Of a stretch of 64,000 nt of DNA, positions 50,689 to 60,948 are shown piece after piece. This DNA is from an uncultured Gemmatimonadales bacterium. GTDB taxonomy: Bacteria > Gemmatimonadota > Gemmatimonadetes > Gemmatimonadales > GWC2-71-9. Under the pieces are notes generated by a model, which did not search any database, was not told the DNA's origin, and was given only the letters and a program-made list of their open reading frames with translations. The position numbers and the translations under genes were made by a program. The stretch covers positions 96,001 to 160,000 of the forward strand of contig CAWGSK010000007.1 in NCBI GenBank assembly GCA_963825055.1. The letters run 5' to 3'. Numbering within the stretch: position 1 is the first letter of the stretch; the number at the start of each line of letters is the position of its first letter.

Positions 50689-50860
50689 TCTTTCGCATTT
50701 CAACGCGCGGGTGATGGCTGTCACGGCTGAAGGGAGGGCATTTTTGCATTATTGTGGCAGTCCTCGTGGCGATAGAAGCAGACGGGGGTCGAGAGGTGTG
50801 GAACAAAGCAAGGCCATCGGTGGGGGGGATCCCCCGCCTTCTACCGGAAAGGGGTATCTC

Positions 50861-51010
50861 ATGCTGTGGACTATCTTCGTCATCCTGCTCGTGCTGTGGC
50901 TGCTGGGCGTGGTCACGTCCTACACACTGGGCGGGTTCATTCACATTCTGCTCGTTCTGGCGATCGTCGTGGTCGTGATCCGGCTGCTGCAGGGTCGCCG
51001 ACCGTTGTAA
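50861..51010 (+). CDS. lmo0937-family small membrane protein (49 aa)
   Basis: MLWTIFVILLVLWLLG....GGFIHILLVLAI..IRLLQGRR; SD AAAGGGG. Confidence 0.88.
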   Translation: MLWTIFVILLVLWLLGVVTSYTLGGFIHILLVLAIVVVVIRLLQGRRPL

Positions 51011-51036
51011 CGGTCTGGCCGAACCTCGGTACCTGA

Positions 51037-51078
51037 CAGAGGCGCGGACCTGCGTAAGGTGCTGCGCCTCTGCTCTTT
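51037..51078 (+). terminator. Terminator-like hairpin
   Basis: cagaggcgcgg-acct/aggt-ctgcgcctctg then ctcttt. Confidence 0.55.
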
Positions 51079-51491
51079 GCGCACACGCCGTCCGGCGGGG
51101 AGTCCCGTCCTGGATGACGTGGCGCCCGCGACAGGGTGAGCCGTGTCACCGCATCGTGTTACAGCGCGGAGTTAACCTGTTCGCGGCGGACGACAGCAAG
51201 TCTGCCTCCCCGGACCGGCACAGGAGTACCACGCTGTCCGGGGCGCGCGCGGGGAAGTGAGCAGGCGACCTGCGTGTGTGCGTTCAGCGCCTGATTGGAC
51301 ATAGAAGGGCAGCACGGTCGGTCCGGTTTTCGGCGTGCCAGGAAGTAGGGTGAGCGAAGCAGTTCTGTTCATTTGCCCAGGGGATGCTTTCTGGTGCGCC
51401 ACCGGCTGCCGCGCCGTCCCCAGATCCTGCATGCTACGACCGCGATCCATGGGGCCGCACCGAAGTTGCCCCGGTCGCCTGGGAGGCGGAT

Positions 51492-51965
51492 ATGGTGAAT
51501 AGAGTCGAGAAACAGAACGAGGAGAAGTCATCCGAAGTCGTTGACCAGCTCAACCGGCTGATCGAGACCTGTCGCGATGGCGAGAAAGGCTACCATCAGG
51601 CTGCCGAAGGGGTGGAGAACCCCGAGCTGGTGGAGCTGTTCGAGAACTATTCCCGCCAGCGGGGACGCTTTGTCGCCGAGCTCGGGGCGGAAGTCCGGCG
51701 CCTCGGCGGAGACCCCGAGAAGAGCGGGTCGGTGACCGGTGCCATGCACCGCGGCTGGCTCGGGATCAAGGCCGCCGCCACCGGCAAGAACGAGGGCGCC
51801 GTGATTTCGGAGTGCGAGCGCGGCGAGGACGTCGCGGTGAAGCACTACCGCGAGGCGCTGGAGGCCCCCCTGCCGCCGGCCCTGCAGACCGTGGTGCAGC
51901 ACCAGTACACCCTCGTCAAGGATGCCCACGACCACATCAGACTCCTCGAGAAAGCCCGGGCCTGA
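51492..51965 (+). CDS. PA2169/DUF2383 ferritin-like four-helix-bundle protein
   Basis: LNRLIETCRDGEKGY, HRGWL.IK, ECERGED.A..HY; SD GGAGG. Confidence 0.88.
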   Translation: MVNRVEKQNEEKSSEVVDQLNRLIETCRDGEKGYHQAAEGVENPELVELFENYSRQRGRFVAELGAEVRRLGGDPEKSGSVTGAMHRGWLGIKAAATGKNEGAVISECERGEDVAVKHYREALEAPLPPALQTVVQHQYTLVKDAHDHIRLLEKARA

Positions 51966-52065
51966 ACCACGCCGGGCGGTTCTGGAGGGAAGGACGGGGG
52001 CTCGCCTGATGGCGGCCCCCGTTCCTGCATCCGGCCGCAGGCGAAGAACAGCAAGGACACGATTG

Positions 52066-53115
52066 ATGACGGATCATCAGACGACACCACGCGCCGGCAG
52101 CCGTCGGCGGCGGGGCCGGCGGAAGGTCCGCTATGCCGTGGTGGGGCTGGGGCACATTGCGCAGGTTGCGGTGCTCCCCGCCTTCGCGCACGCCAGGAGG
52201 AATTCCCGGCTCACCGCCCTCGTGAGCGGCGACGCCGGGAAGCGGCGCGTGCTCGGCGAGAAGTACGAAGTGGAACACCTGCCGGACTACGGCGAATATG
52301 CCGCCCTGCTGGAGAGCGGTGCGGTGGACGCCGTCTATCTCACCTTGCCCAACCACCTGCATCGCGAGTACGCGATCGCGGCGGCGGAACGGGGGATCCA
52401 CGTGCTTTGCGAGAAGCCGATGGCGCCCACCGCCGCCGACTGCCGCGCCATGATCGAGGCGTGCGAGCTGCACGACGTGCGGCTCATGGTGGCCTACCGG
52501 CTCCACTTCGAGAAAGGCAACCTGTCGGCCGTCGACCTGATCGATCGCCACACGCTCGGCACGCCCCGGTACTTCAACTCGTCTTTCTCGCTCCGGGTGA
52601 AGCCCGGCGACATCCGCCTCAATCCCACGGCGCAGGGTGGCGGACCGGTCTACGACATCGGCGTCTACTGCATCAACGCGGCACGGTACCTGTTCCGGGA
52701 CGAGCCGACCGAGGTGACCGCCATGATGGCGACCGGACCCGAGCCCCGGTTCCGTGAGACCCATGAGACGCTGAGCGCCGTCATGCGGTTTCCCGACGAG
52801 CGCATCGCGGCCTTCACCTGCAGCTTCGGGGCAGCCGATGTCTCGACCTATCGTGTCGTCGGGACTTCCGGTGACCTCGTGATGGAGCCGGCGTTCGAAT
52901 ACGCCCAGGCGCTGAAGCGACGGGTGACGGTCGACGGCGAAGTCAGGAAGAAGACCTTCCGCAAGCGGGACCAGTTCGCCCCGGAATTGATCCGGTTCTC
53001 GGAGGCTGTCCTTTCGGGCACCGAGCCCGAACCCGGGGGCTACGAGGGACTCGCAGACGTGCGGATCGTGGAGGCGCTGCTCCAGTCCGCCCGGGAAGGC
53101 CGGACCATCGGCTGA
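52066..53115 (+). CDS. Gfo/Idh/MocA oxidoreductase (glucose-fructose oxidoreductase-like)
   Basis: YAVVGLGHIA, LPNHLH, CEKPMA, AYRLHF, DIGVY. Confidence 0.9.
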   Translation: MTDHQTTPRAGSRRRRGRRKVRYAVVGLGHIAQVAVLPAFAHARRNSRLTALVSGDAGKRRVLGEKYEVEHLPDYGEYAALLESGAVDAVYLTLPNHLHREYAIAAAERGIHVLCEKPMAPTAADCRAMIEACELHDVRLMVAYRLHFEKGNLSAVDLIDRHTLGTPRYFNSSFSLRVKPGDIRLNPTAQGGGPVYDIGVYCINAARYLFRDEPTEVTAMMATGPEPRFRETHETLSAVMRFPDERIAAFTCSFGAADVSTYRVVGTSGDLVMEPAFEYAQALKRRVTVDGEVRKKTFRKRDQFAPELIRFSEAVLSGTEPEPGGYEGLADVRIVEALLQSAREGRTIG

Positions 53116-53300
53116 GCCCGACGGAGAACGTCCGGCCCTACCGGACCCGCAGGAACTCCATCGGCCGCCTAGAGGAGGAGATGGGAGCGAGGGCTAGGCG
53201 CCACCGGAGCGGGGCGGATGCTGTCGTCCCGGCACGCGGGGGCCTATGTTACGGACCACCCCCGGGGGGCCCGGGGTCCCAGCTACCCGCGACCCGACAC

Positions 53301-54302
53301 ATGACACTTCCCGATACCGGCGCAAGCGCCAGGTCCGCGCTCGACCTGCCATTCCACCCGAGGAATCCGGGCCTTCCGCTCGACCTCGACTGGGTGGCAT
53401 CGGTGCGCGTCAACCGCTCCGCGGTGGAACGCCGGACCGCCACGCTGACGAAGCGCCGCGCGGTCAAGAAGGAATGGCAGGCTGCCTGGCTCCTCCGGGC
53501 GGTGACCCTGATGGACCTGACCACGCTCTCCGGCGACGACACGCCGGGGCGGGTGCAGCGCCTCTGCGCCAAGGCCCGCCATCCCGTGCGGAACGACGTG
53601 CTCGAGGCGCTTGGCGCCGGCGGCCTCCCGGTGCACGTGGCCGCGGTCTGCGTCTATCACGCCATGGTGCCCGTGGCCGTGACAGCGCTCGCGGGGTCAG
53701 GCATCCCCGTTGCAGCGGTGTCCACCGGCTTTCCCGCTGGCCTCTCTCCATTGCCCCAGCGCATCGCCGAAATCCGGGCGTCCGTGGAGGCCGGGGCCGA
53801 CGAGATCGACATTGTCATTACGCGCGCTCATGTTCTCACCGGGAACTGGCAGGCCCTCTATGACGAGGTTCGCGCCTTCCGTGACGCCGCGGGCGATGCC
53901 CACATCAAGACCATCCTCGCTACCGGCGAGCTGGGCACGCTGCGGAATGTCGTGCGTGCGAGCCACGTCTGCATGATGGCCGGCGCCGACTTCATCAAGA
54001 CGTCCACCGGCAAGGAATCCGCCAACGCCACGCTCCCCGTCGGCCTCGTCATGGCCCGCGCCATCCGCGAGTACCGGGAACGCACCGGCCATCTGGTCGG
54101 CTTCAAGCCCGCTGGCGGGATCCGGCGGGCGAAGGAGGCGCTCGAATGGCTCTTCCTGATGAAGGACGAGCTCGGCCCCCCGTGGCTCCGGCCCGACCTC
54201 TTCCGCTTCGGTGTGAGCTCGCTCCTGGGAGACATCGAGCGCCAGCTCGAGCATTTCGCCACCGGACGCTACTCGGCCGACTACCGGCATCCGCTCGCCT
54301 GA
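53301..54302 (+). CDS. deoC: Deoxyribose-phosphate aldolase (long type)
   Basis: DLTTLSGDDT, GADEIDIV, GADFIKTSTGK, GFKPAGG. Confidence 0.93.
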   Translation: MTLPDTGASARSALDLPFHPRNPGLPLDLDWVASVRVNRSAVERRTATLTKRRAVKKEWQAAWLLRAVTLMDLTTLSGDDTPGRVQRLCAKARHPVRNDVLEALGAGGLPVHVAAVCVYHAMVPVAVTALAGSGIPVAAVSTGFPAGLSPLPQRIAEIRASVEAGADEIDIVITRAHVLTGNWQALYDEVRAFRDAAGDAHIKTILATGELGTLRNVVRASHVCMMAGADFIKTSTGKESANATLPVGLVMARAIREYRERTGHLVGFKPAGGIRRAKEALEWLFLMKDELGPPWLRPDLFRFGVSSLLGDIERQLEHFATGRYSADYRHPLA

Positions 54303-54333
54303 ACGCGCCCCCTTCCCGGCCCGCGCCGGAGGC

Positions 54334-56724
54334 ATGATGGCTTCGATTCCCGACATTTTCGCCACCATGGAATACGGACCGGCCCCCGAGGCTGACGCGC
54401 CCGCGCGCGCCTGGCTCGCGGCGCACGGCCGCCTCGGGCATTTCATCAACGGGGAATGGTCCGCGCCGGAGGAGGGTGAGTACTTTGCCACGGAGAACCC
54501 GGCCAACCGGGAGGCGCTGGCGGAAGTTGCGCAGGGCGGGGAAGCGGACGTGGCACGGGCGGTCGCCGCCGCCCGTCAGGCTCAGGCGGGGTGGTGGAAG
54601 CTGGGAGGGCACCGCCGGGCCCGGCATCTCTATGCGCTGGCGCGAGTGGTCCAGCGGCACAGCCGGTTGTTCGCCGTCATGGAGACGCTCGACAACGGCA
54701 AGCCGATCCGGGAATCACGGGACATCGATATCCCGCTCGTGGCCCGGCATTTCTACCATCACGCCGGCTGGGCCCAGCTCATGGACGGGGAGCTCCCCGG
54801 GATGGCCCCGGTCGGGGTGGTGGGCCAGATCATCCCCTGGAACTTCCCGCTCCTGATGCTGGCCTGGAAAGTGGCGCCCGCGCTCGCCATGGGTAACACG
54901 GTGGTGCTGAAGCCCGCCGAGTTTACCCCGCTCACCGCGCTGCTGTTCGCGTCGCTCTGCGCGGAGGCTGGCCTTCCCGAGGGCGTGTTCAACGTCGTCA
55001 CGGGAGACGGGCGCACCGGGGAAGCCCTGGTCGGGCACCCGGATGTCGACAAGATCGCCTTCACGGGGTCGACCGAGGTCGGACGGCTGATTCGCGCGGC
55101 CACGGCCGGGAGCGGCAAGAAGCTGTCGCTCGAGCTGGGCGGCAAGTCGCCGTTCATCGTCTTCGACGACGCCGACCTCGACAGCGTGGTCGAGGGCGTG
55201 GTGGACGCCATCTGGTTCAACCAGGGCCAGGTCTGCTGCGCCGGCTCGCGCATCCTGGCGCAGGAGGGCATTGCCGATCGCCTGGTGGAGAAGCTCAAGG
55301 CCCGCATGGAGACGCTCCGGATCGGCAATCCACTGGACAAGGCGGTGGATATCGGGGCCATCATCGCCCCGGTCCAGCTCGACAAGATCCGCGCCCTGGT
55401 CGACCAGGGCGAGCGCGAGGGGGCCGAGCGCTGGCAACCCAGCTGGAGTTGCCCGACCGAGGGTCTCTTCTACCCGCCCACGCTGTTTACCGGCGTCTCG
55501 CCGTCGAGCACCGTGGCCCAGGTGGAGATCTTCGGGCCGGTGGTCGTGCTGATGACATTCCGGACGCCGGACGAAGCCGTCGAGCTGGCCAACAACACCC
55601 GCTACGGGCTCGCGGCGAGCGTGTGGTCGGAGAGCATCAATCTCGCCCTCGACATCGCGCCCCAGGTGAAGGCCGGGACGGTCTGGATCAACTGCACCAA
55701 CCAGTTCGACGCTGCGTCGGGTTTCGGCGGCTACCGGGAGAGCGGGTTCGGGCGCGAGGGAGGCCGGGAAGGGCTCTGGGAGTACGTGCGCCCGTCCTGG
55801 GAGTCGCGCCATGCCGCCGCCCCGGAGTCGATGTCCGCCGCGCCGCCCGCCGATCCGCCGCGTCCACAGGGTGAGGGCATCGACCGTACCGCCAAGCTGT
55901 ACATCGGCGGCAAGCAGGCCCGCCCGGACGGCGGGTACAGTCTGCACATCACGGGCGCCCGGGGAAAACTCGCCGGCGAGGTCGGGCTCGGTAACCGCAA
56001 GGACATCCGGAACGCCGTCGAGGCCGCGCACAAGGCGCAGCCGGCGTGGGGCAGGGCGGCGGCGCACACGCGGGCGCAGGTGCTCTACTACCTGGCCGAG
56101 AACCTCGGGGCGCGGAGTGATGAGTTCCGGCGGCGCCTCGTGGCACTCGGAGCGGGAACCTCGCGCCAGGCCGGTCGCGAGGTGGACCAGTCGCTCGACC
56201 GGCTGTTCACATGGGCGGCCTGGGCCGACAAGTGGGACGGCGCGGTGCACCATACGCCCTGGCGCAACGTGACACTCGCGATGCCCGAGCCGCTCGGAGT
56301 CGTGGGCGTGGCCTGTCCGGATGCATTCCCGCTCCTCGGTTTCGTGAGCCTGGCGGCGCCGCTCGTCGCGACCGGGAACGCGGTGGTGGCCATACCCTCA
56401 CAGCGCTGGCCGCTCGTTGTCACCGACCTCTACCAGGTACTCGATACCTCCGACGTCCCGGGCGGGGTGCTCAATGTCGTGACCGGGCACCGGGCCGAAC
56501 TGACCGCGGTGCTCGCGGCACATGACGACGTGGACGGGCTCTGGTACTTCGGAGCGGACGGCGGGAGCGCGGACGTCGAGCGCCTCTCGGCGGGCAACAT
56601 GAAGCGCACCTGGGTCGATCATGGCGTTGCGCGCGAGTGGACCAGCGCCGAACAGGGCGAAGGCCGTGCGTTCCTGCGGCATGCCACGCAGGTGAAGAAT
56701 ATCTGGGTGCCGTACGGCGAGTGA
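54334..56724 (+). CDS. Two-domain aldehyde dehydrogenase (ALDH16-like)
   Basis: PWNFP, FTGSTEVG, LELGGKSP, QVCCAG, EIFGP, then a second truncated ALDH domain ending KNIWVPYGE. Confidence 0.9.
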   Translation: MMASIPDIFATMEYGPAPEADAPARAWLAAHGRLGHFINGEWSAPEEGEYFATENPANREALAEVAQGGEADVARAVAAARQAQAGWWKLGGHRRARHLYALARVVQRHSRLFAVMETLDNGKPIRESRDIDIPLVARHFYHHAGWAQLMDGELPGMAPVGVVGQIIPWNFPLLMLAWKVAPALAMGNTVVLKPAEFTPLTALLFASLCAEAGLPEGVFNVVTGDGRTGEALVGHPDVDKIAFTGSTEVGRLIRAATAGSGKKLSLELGGKSPFIVFDDADLDSVVEGVVDAIWFNQGQVCCAGSRILAQEGIADRLVEKLKARMETLRIGNPLDKAVDIGAIIAPVQLDKIRALVDQGEREGAERWQPSWSCPTEGLFYPPTLFTGVSPSSTVAQVEIFGPVVVLMTFRTPDEAVELANNTRYGLAASVWSESINLALDIAPQVKAGTVWINCTNQFDAASGFGGYRESGFGREGGREGLWEYVRPSWESRHAAAPESMSAAPPADPPRPQGEGIDRTAKLYIGGKQARPDGGYSLHITGARGKLAGEVGLGNRKDIRNAVEAAHKAQPAWGRAAAHTRAQVLYYLAENLGARSDEFRRRLVALGAGTSRQAGREVDQSLDRLFTWAAWADKWDGAVHHTPWRNVTLAMPEPLGVVGVACPDAFPLLGFVSLAAPLVATGNAVVAIPSQRWPLVVTDLYQVLDTSDVPGGVLNVVTGHRAELTAVLAAHDDVDGLWYFGADGGSADVERLSAGNMKRTWVDHGVAREWTSAEQGEGRAFLRHATQVKNIWVPYGE

Positions 56725-57085
56725 GAAGTAAGAAGTGAGAAGCAGGAACGAAGGCCGGCGGCCGGCTCATCCGCGCGCCCACGTTCTACCTGGCGGTCGG
56801 CAGCCAGGCCAATGTCGGTGGCGCCGCCTCGGCGCCCGTCGTGGCATCGGCGTTCCATCCGAGCCTGGCCCCGGTGGGGGTGCTGCTGGCGGTGCTGGGC
56901 TACGCGGTGGGAACCTACGGGGCGTGGGTCTGCGGGCAGTTGATGCGGATGGTGGCGAACTGAACGGGAGGCGGCAGTCGGCAATCGGCAAATCGGCAGT
57001 CGGCAGTCGGCAATCGGCAATGGGCAATCGGCAGTTGCGATGGCTCCTCCCCTGAAACACTACTCACTACCCACTACTCACTGCT
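56721..57085. repeat. Heptamer arrays (GTRAGAA)3, (CGGCART)9 and (CACTRCY)4
   Basis: 56721-41, 56972-57035 and 57058-85 read directly. Confidence 0.88.
56760..56963 (+). pseudogene. C-terminal remnant of a DUF819-family membrane protein
   Basis: Hand translation IRAPTFYLAVGSQANVGGAASAPVVASAFHPSLAPVGVLLAVLGYAVGTYGAW...*; in-frame TGA at 56736 and no start codon before the conserved segment. Confidence 0.75.
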
Positions 57086-58644
57086 CCCTCTTCCACCACC
57101 TCGACCTCCACCCCCAGCACCTTCCCCAGCACGTCCGCCTTGCTGCCGGCGCTCCAGCATTCCAGGCCGATGTCGGCGCTCTTCCGGGCCGGGGAGGCGG
57201 TGATCACGAGGCGTTTCTGGTCCAGGGAGGTCTTGAGCCCCCGGACGGCGCCGACGTGACCCCGGTCGAGGCCGTCCGCCACGCGGAGGATGCCGGAGAG
57301 GCGCCGCACGACAGCCTGCTCGCTCCTGTCCAGCGCCGAGAACCCCTCGTGCTTCCCGCGCGGCCCCTTCTTCCGGTGGTAGCGCGCGATGAGTGCCACG
57401 AGGCTGCGGTCGGAGGGCGCGAGGTTGAGCCGCTCGGCGTGCATGATGAGCTGGTAGCTGTGCTTGTGGTGCTTGCGATAGCTCATCATCTGGCCGATGT
57501 CGTGCAGCAGGGCCGCGGTTTCGAGGAGTCGGCGCTCCTCGGGGCCCGCGCCAAGGTGGCCCTGAAGCTGGGTGAACAGTTCGACGGCCAGGGCCCGCAC
57601 GTGCTCGGCGTGCTCCCGGTCCACCTGGCAGCGCTCGACGAATTCGCGTGCCTCCCGGAGCGGCTCCTCCGGCTCGCCGCGCCCGGCCAGGCCCGCCATC
57701 TCCAGCAGCAGGCCTTCGCGGAGCCCGAAGGCGCTGATGGTCACCTCGCGGGCCTCCACCCAGTCGAGCAGGGCCGACATGATGGCCAGCCCTCCCACGA
57801 TGATGTCGGCACGCTGCGGGTTGAGCCCGGGCAGCTGCCTCCGCTCCTCGGGCGACATGTGGGAGAGCCGGTCCAGCAGCTGCTCCACGTCCGCCACCGC
57901 GACCGTCATCCCGTGGACCTGTCCGACTGTGGGCAGGTCGCGCTGCGCGGCCACCATGCGGCCGAGATTGGTGAAGGTGCCGCCCGACCCGATCACGCGC
58001 GACCGGGTCCATTCGCGACCAGGCAGTGACCTGCGAAGGGCCTTCCTGACTGCGTTCCGGATCTTCCGCACCTGGCGAAAGGGATTCTTCCCGCCCTGGA
58101 GGTACGTCTCGGTGACGCGGACTGCCCCGTACGGCATGGAGGCGGACTGTTCAACCAGGCCGTCCACGGCCCCGATCAGTTCCAGGCTGCCGCCGCCGAT
58201 ATCGGCGACGATCGTGCGACCGCCTGAAAGCTGGAAGTGGTGGTTCACCGAGCGATAGGAGAGGCTCGCCTCGATCTCCTCGTCGATGATCCGGAGCGGG
58301 ATCCCGAGTTCGTCCCGGACCAGGCGGCAGAAGGCCTCGCCGTTAGCTGCGTCGCGTACCGCAGCCGTAGCCACCGCCGCCACGCGGCGCACATTGCGAC
58401 GCTCGCAGACCGCGCGCATCCGGCGCAGCGTCTGGAAGGCCCGCTCCATGGCCTCCTCGCTCAGCAGGCCGGACGCCGCCAGCCCCGCCGCAAGGCGGGG
58501 CTGCTCCTTGACCTCGTCGATGATGCGAAGGCCGGTGGCGGGTTCGTAGGCCGCGACCACCAGCCGGATGGAGTTGGAGCCCACGTCGAGCGCCGCGAAG
58601 GGCTCGCCCGGGGACACGGCCTGCCGGTGGTGCGGGCCGCTCAT
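57067..58644 (-). CDS. ppx: Ppx/GppA exopolyphosphatase with HD domain
   Basis: DVGSNSIRL, ATAAVRDA, DIGGGSLE, GLREG, LHDIG. Confidence 0.9.
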   Translation of the reverse strand: MSGPHHRQAVSPGEPFAALDVGSNSIRLVVAAYEPATGLRIIDEVKEQPRLAAGLAASGLLSEEAMERAFQTLRRMRAVCERRNVRRVAAVATAAVRDAANGEAFCRLVRDELGIPLRIIDEEIEASLSYRSVNHHFQLSGGRTIVADIGGGSLELIGAVDGLVEQSASMPYGAVRVTETYLQGGKNPFRQVRKIRNAVRKALRRSLPGREWTRSRVIGSGGTFTNLGRMVAAQRDLPTVGQVHGMTVAVADVEQLLDRLSHMSPEERRQLPGLNPQRADIIVGGLAIMSALLDWVEAREVTISAFGLREGLLLEMAGLAGRGEPEEPLREAREFVERCQVDREHAEHVRALAVELFTQLQGHLGAGPEERRLLETAALLHDIGQMMSYRKHHKHSYQLIMHAERLNLAPSDRSLVALIARYHRKKGPRGKHEGFSALDRSEQAVVRRLSGILRVADGLDRGHVGAVRGLKTSLDQKRLVITASPARKSADIGLECWSAGSKADVLGKVLGVEVEVVEEGAVSSG

Positions 58645-59357
58645 GCGCCCCCGGTTGCGGGGCCGGCCGGGGTGGGGGATTCCCCGCCGTCCTCCGCATG
58701 GTGCTTGATGGACTTGCCCTCCACCAGGAACACGACGTCTTCCGCCACGTTGGTGGCCAGGTCGGCGACGCGCTCCAGGTTCCGGCTGACCAGGAACAGT
58801 TCCATTCCCGCCCCGATCGTGTGCGGATCTTCCATCATATGCGTGAGCATGATCCGGAAGACCGACTGGTGCAGGGCGTCCACCCGGTCGTCCCGGCGGC
58901 AGATGGCCCTGGCGGCGGTGGCATCGCCCCGGATGAAGGCCTCCAGCGCGTCGGACAGCATTTCCCGCGCGAGGCGGGCCATCTCGACGAGCTCCGGCTC
59001 CGGCATGATCGGTGGGGACTTGCTGAGCCGCTCGGCGGACTGGGCAATGTTCACCGCGTGGTCGCCGACCCGTTCCAGGTCGTTGGCGATCTTCATGGCC
59101 GAGGTCAGCATGCGGAGGTCGCGGGCCATGGGCTGCTGGAGGGCCAGGAGGTTGATGCAGGCCTCCTCCACCTCCATCTCCATGTTATCGATGACCTGGT
59201 CGCCCGCAATGACCTCGCGGGCCTGCCCGGAATCACGTTCCAGGAGGGCCTCGACGGCCTGGCTGAGCGCGGCCTCGGCTTCCCCGGACATGGTGAGGAG
59301 GCGGACCTTGACGGAGTTCAGCTCGTCATGAAAGTGGCGATGGGTCTCGAGACTCAT
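58641..59357 (-). CDS. phoU: Phosphate signalling regulator PhoU
   Basis: [33 protein letters not shown]. Confidence 0.96.
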   Translation of the reverse strand: MSLETHRHFHDELNSVKVRLLTMSGEAEAALSQAVEALLERDSGQAREVIAGDQVIDNMEMEVEEACINLLALQQPMARDLRMLTSAMKIANDLERVGDHAVNIAQSAERLSKSPPIMPEPELVEMARLAREMLSDALEAFIRGDATAARAICRRDDRVDALHQSVFRIMLTHMMEDPHTIGAGMELFLVSRNLERVADLATNVAEDVVFLVEGKSIKHHAEDGGESPTPAGPATGGA

Positions 59358-60187
59358 CCGAATCTCCCGGTAATGTAGGCCTCGGTCCGTTCCTCGGACG
59401 GAGCAGTGAAGACCTGGTCGGTCTCGCCGAACTCAATCAGCTTACCGCCGTCCAGGAATGCAGTATAGTCGCTCACCCGCGCCGCCTGCTGCATGTTGTG
59501 GGTGACGATCACGATCGTGTATTGCGCCTTCAACTCGATGATCAGCTCCTCCACCCGTTGCGTCGCGACGGGGTCCAGCGCGGAGCACGGCTCATCCATG
59601 AGCAGGACTTCCGGGCGGTTGCCGAGCGCCCGTGCAATGCAGAGCCGCTGCTGCTGGCCACCCGACAGCCCCGTGGCGGGCTCTTCGAGCCGGTCCTTCA
59701 CCTCGTCCCACAGCGCAGCCCGTCGCAGGCATTCCTCCACCAGGTCGGGCAGGTCACGTTTCGGCACCAGGGCGTTGAGCGCCGGGCCGTACGCCACGTT
59801 CGCGAAGATGGACTTCGGGAACGGGTTCGGCCGCTGGAAGACCATCCCCACCCTCTGACGGAGGGTCACCAGGTCGACGCCGGGCGCGTATACCGAGTCC
59901 CCGAGGAGCTTGAGGTCTCCCTGGTGGGACGTGCCGAGGATCAGGTCGTTCATCCGGTTGATGGAGCGGAGGAACGTGGACTTGCCGCAACCGGAGGGCC
60001 CGATAATGGCCGTGACCGCCTGCAGGGGAACGGACAGGGTAATGCCCTTCAGGACCTCGCCCTTCCCGTAGGAGAAGCAAAAATCCTCCGCCTGGACCGC
60101 CGGTGCGCCCGGCCCCGGGTTGTCGGGGCGCGGGGCCAGGGTGCGGCGGATGCCCGGAATGAGGCCACGCGACGCAGGGGCGCTCAC
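59354..60187 (-). CDS. pstB: Phosphate ABC transporter ATPase (second copy)
   Basis: [40 protein letters not shown]. Confidence 0.94.
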   Translation of the reverse strand: MSAPASRGLIPGIRRTLAPRPDNPGPGAPAVQAEDFCFSYGKGEVLKGITLSVPLQAVTAIIGPSGCGKSTFLRSINRMNDLILGTSHQGDLKLLGDSVYAPGVDLVTLRQRVGMVFQRPNPFPKSIFANVAYGPALNALVPKRDLPDLVEECLRRAALWDEVKDRLEEPATGLSGGQQQRLCIARALGNRPEVLLMDEPCSALDPVATQRVEELIIELKAQYTIVIVTHNMQQAARVSDYTAFLDGGKLIEFGETDQVFTAPSEERTEAYITGRFG

Positions 60188-60948
60188 CCGAACCGCCCGG
60201 TGACGTAGGCTTCGGTCTGCTCGTTGTGCGGCGTCGTGAACATCTGCTTCGTCTGTCCCGTTTCGACCATCGTGCCCAGGTAGAAGAAGGTGGTCGTGTC
60301 CGACACGCGCGCGGCCTGTTGCAGGTTGTGCGTCACGATCACGATGGTGAACTCCCGCTTGAGGTCGAACAGCAGTTCCTCGATGCGCTGGGTACTCTGC
60401 GGGTCGAGCGAGGCCGTCGGTTCGTCCAGGAGGATGACTTCGGGTCTCGGCGCGATCGTCCTGGCGATGCAGAGCCGCTGCTGCTGCCCGCCGGAGAGTG
60501 CGAGAGCGCTGCCCTTGAGGCGGTCCTTCACTTCATCCCAGAGGGCGGCCTGGCGCAGCGCCTGCTCCACGGCTTCGCCCATCCGGGCCCGGCCCAGGCC
60601 ACCATTGATCCGGAGGCCCGCCGCCACGTTGTCGTAAATCGACATGGTCGGGAACGGCGTGGGGCGCTGGAACACCATCCCGATCCGGCGCCGCAGCTGC
60701 ATCACGCTCACCCGGGGATGGTAGATATCCGCGCCGTCCAGCAGCACCGTCCCGGTGATCCAGCCACCCTCGACCAGCTCATGCATCCGGTTCATGGTCC
60801 GCAGGAACGTGCTCTTCCCGCACCCCGACGGTCCGATGAGCGCGTTCACGGTGTTGGCCGCGAAACCGATGCTCACGTTCTTGACGGCAGTGAACTTGCC
60901 GTACATCGCCGTGAGCTTGTCGGTGGCGAGAATCGAGTCAGCGGACAC
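60184..60948 (-). CDS. pstB: Phosphate ABC transporter ATPase
   Basis: Same motifs; [10 protein letters not shown]. Confidence 0.94.
   Translation of the reverse strand: MSADSILATDKLTAMYGKFTAVKNVSIGFAANTVNALIGPSGCGKSTFLRTMNRMHELVEGGWITGTVLLDGADIYHPRVSVMQLRRRIGMVFQRPTPFPTMSIYDNVAAGLRINGGLGRARMGEAVEQALRQAALWDEVKDRLKGSALALSGGQQQRLCIARTIAPRPEVILLDEPTASLDPQSTQRIEELLFDLKREFTIVIVTHNLQQAARVSDTTTFFYLGTMVETGQTKQMFTTPHNEQTEAYVTGRFG

Noticed and set aside
51144..51175. Pho-like TGTCAC/TGTTAC repeats
   Set aside because: 13-bp spacing rather than 11, and no phosphate gene nearby
59354..60948. Duplicated pstB as a novelty
   Set aside because: Tandem pstB pairs are well known
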